From the NCBI GenBank assembly GCA_965153285.1, contig OZ229116.1: a DNA stretch of 64,000 nucleotides; one strand, given 5' to 3'. This document shows positions 61,944 through 64,000 of this stretch, piece after piece. The position numbers and the translations under genes are program-made. Every line of letters begins with the position of its first letter. The first letter of the stretch is position 1. This DNA comes from Podarcis tiliguerta. Taxonomy: Eukaryota. The notes below the pieces were generated by a model that was given only the letters and a program-made list of their open reading frames with translations, did not search any database and was not told the DNA's origin.

Positions 61944-62449
61944 TATGGTGCTATTACAACGACCTATCCTTATCACTACCAGTAGGAACGCTGCTGGCAG
62001 CAGTTTCTCAACTAATCACACTTATGGTTGGTTCCACAGGGGGATAAGGGCTCAGAGGAGGGAGACTTTGCCCTTTCTTTTCCGTCTTTTCCAGCAGCAC
62101 CATAGATCTGAGCTTTAGGATCAATTTTACAAGTATTATAGTGTAGCCGACAATTTTTCCCCTTCAAGTGTCAATATTTTGCAAATGTCTTATATTTCCC
62201 ATCTTCTATTCAATTTGGATGCATTTCAAGGATACTCAGCAATAATATATACACATACATAATTGTTTTCACATATTCTTTGTGTTCAAAGAAAACAGCT
62301 GTACTCTAAACAAGGAGCAGAATCTAATAAAAGTCACATGGCTTTCTGAAATGGAACCACTCTAGTAGAAATGAAGAGTTGTGACCATTATTAAAAATCA
62401 GGATAATGTTGGCCACATAATATTAGCTGCAAGCTCTAAGGGCAGTGTG

Positions 62450-62715
62450 TGGGGAAGACTTGTAAGCCATCTAATTCAGCCTCCTGTTCAATGTAGGAAA
62501 TCCAGAGCAAGGGCATCTCAATAGATGTCTGTGAAGCCTCTGTCTGGATATTGCTAGTGAGAGAGGGATTATCATCTCCTGCTAGGCAACTGCCTCCATG
62601 TTCAAACTCCTCTTACCGTTAAGACATTTCCCCTTCATGTCCAACTGAAATCTACCATCCTGTACCTTGAGCCCTTGACATATAGTCCTGACCTCTGGAG
62701 CAGCACAGAATAGAT
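62450..62715 (-). mobile_element. Degenerate CR1 3' fragment
   Basis: Resembles 14500-14760 (AGCCTCTG..GGCAAC..CTCTTACCGTTAAGA..CTCTGGAGCAGCA). Confidence 0.6.
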
Positions 62716-64000
62716 TTTTGCTTTTTCCTACGCAACAAGCCCTTCAGCTCCAGCAGAGTTGCTTGGATACAACCAGAGGGCTTCCAACCGAAACGAAATC
62801 CACATCTAACCACAAGTGTGTGCTTAATATCCAAACCCAGTTTTGCCTCCAGTGCACTCTGGTCTCAATTTAAGCACACCACTCATGATGCAAAGCTCCA
62901 GAACAATACAAAATCCCCATATAAAATAAGACTCTCTTTAAAATCTCACCTATTTGAATACAGTCTTTTGAATTGCTAGAGATTAATCAGAGCCTTCCCT
63001 TGACTTTCAGAGACCTTAATTTGAGAATGAACTTTCCTGGGCCGAACACACAGTAAATTTCAGGGCACAATCTGCAATACATGTTGGAGATAATGATGCA
63101 ATTTTTTTCAGGATAGTAGTGTACAGCAGGGCTGGAAAAAAACCAGGGTTTTCTGCTGGGTAATCTGCAGTAGATTAGAAAGATTTCCTGATCAATAGCA
63201 ACAACTAAAAGGGCCCCTCCTCTTAATTAGCCAATTAAAATCCCTGATCTTCAGTTACTCAGCTACAGCTATGACTCATGGCAAGGGTGGGAAGATGGTA
63301 GACTGGGGTCTACCAATAGGTCTCCAAGTCGTTTGCAGAAGATCAGCAAAGATTTCTGACTCTCAAATTTCTAACAAATAGAAGGCAACACACACAGAGC
63401 TTCCCCACCGGAAAACCATAAGCGGATTTTTGTGTGGCAGGAATTATGAGCTTGGTGCTGGTACTGATCACAAACTCCTGGACAGAGCCTGAACCCAGAG
63501 ACACCTGGTTCCTTAGTTCCTAGCTTCCCATCTGAGCAACTGTTTGGTTCTGGTTGGTAAGACTCCGAGTTCTAGTAAAAAACAAAGCAGATCTTCCAAA
63601 CCTGCAGTCTGCCCACCCAGCTCATGGAGTGCCATGGATACTTAGCTCCACCCACTGAAACCCGCACCCCCCCCCCAGTGTGAATCTTGCTCCATCCACC
63701 CCAAGTGACTATTTTGAATTTGGAGCTGTGTAAAAAAATGAATTAGAACCTGCAACCTTCAAGTCTGCCAATGGCTGGTGTTCTGCATGATGATACCTTG
63801 GCACTAAGGACCATTTCACATATTACGCTGCAGCAGGCCTATATCCAATAGTCAGCCACAGCCTCTGGTCTTGGATGAGTGCTCAGCTTATTTTCAGTAA
63901 CTTTGTCATATTCATTTTAGGTGTGAACTTAAAAAAAAAAAAAAGATAGATGTGGCATAGCTAGGGTTATCAAGGCCCAGAAAAAAAAAAAACTGGAAAA

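Overview
Vertebrate nuclear DNA, almost certainly squamate and probably a lacertid lizard (inferred from Sauria SINE, Squam3-like SINE, CR1, L2 and MITE content). It holds two genes in tandem on the minus strand. (1) PKIA, cAMP-dependent protein kinase inhibitor alpha: a complete 76-aa CDS in two exons (38633-38783 and 35292-35371). Its promoter was not found and probably lies beyond the right edge, so about 39-64 kb is likely PKIA 5' intron. (2) ZC2HC1A: CpG-island promoter near 18.3 kb and coding exons 1-3 (18180-18195, 3200-3276, 1941-2057), continuing off the left edge. The rest is intronic or intergenic and dense in transposable elements, many with readable TSDs: Tc1/mariner and hAT MITEs, SINEs, CR1/L2/Rex1 remnants, an L1-like element, solo LTRs and a Penelope fragment. 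The most unusual structure is a ~410-430 bp near-identical inverted duplication (a MITE plus 184 bp of non-MITE flank; 40932-41345 vs 46743-47172). It encloses a candidate PKIA exon (45486-45589) that would splice in frame and give PKI-alpha a 43-aa hydrophobic, targeting-like N-terminal extension. An overlapping uORF sits on the PKIA start codon, and MEF2 sites cluster nearby. Most entries in the ORF track are chance or repeat-derived. All calls were made by eye, with no alignments or searches run.
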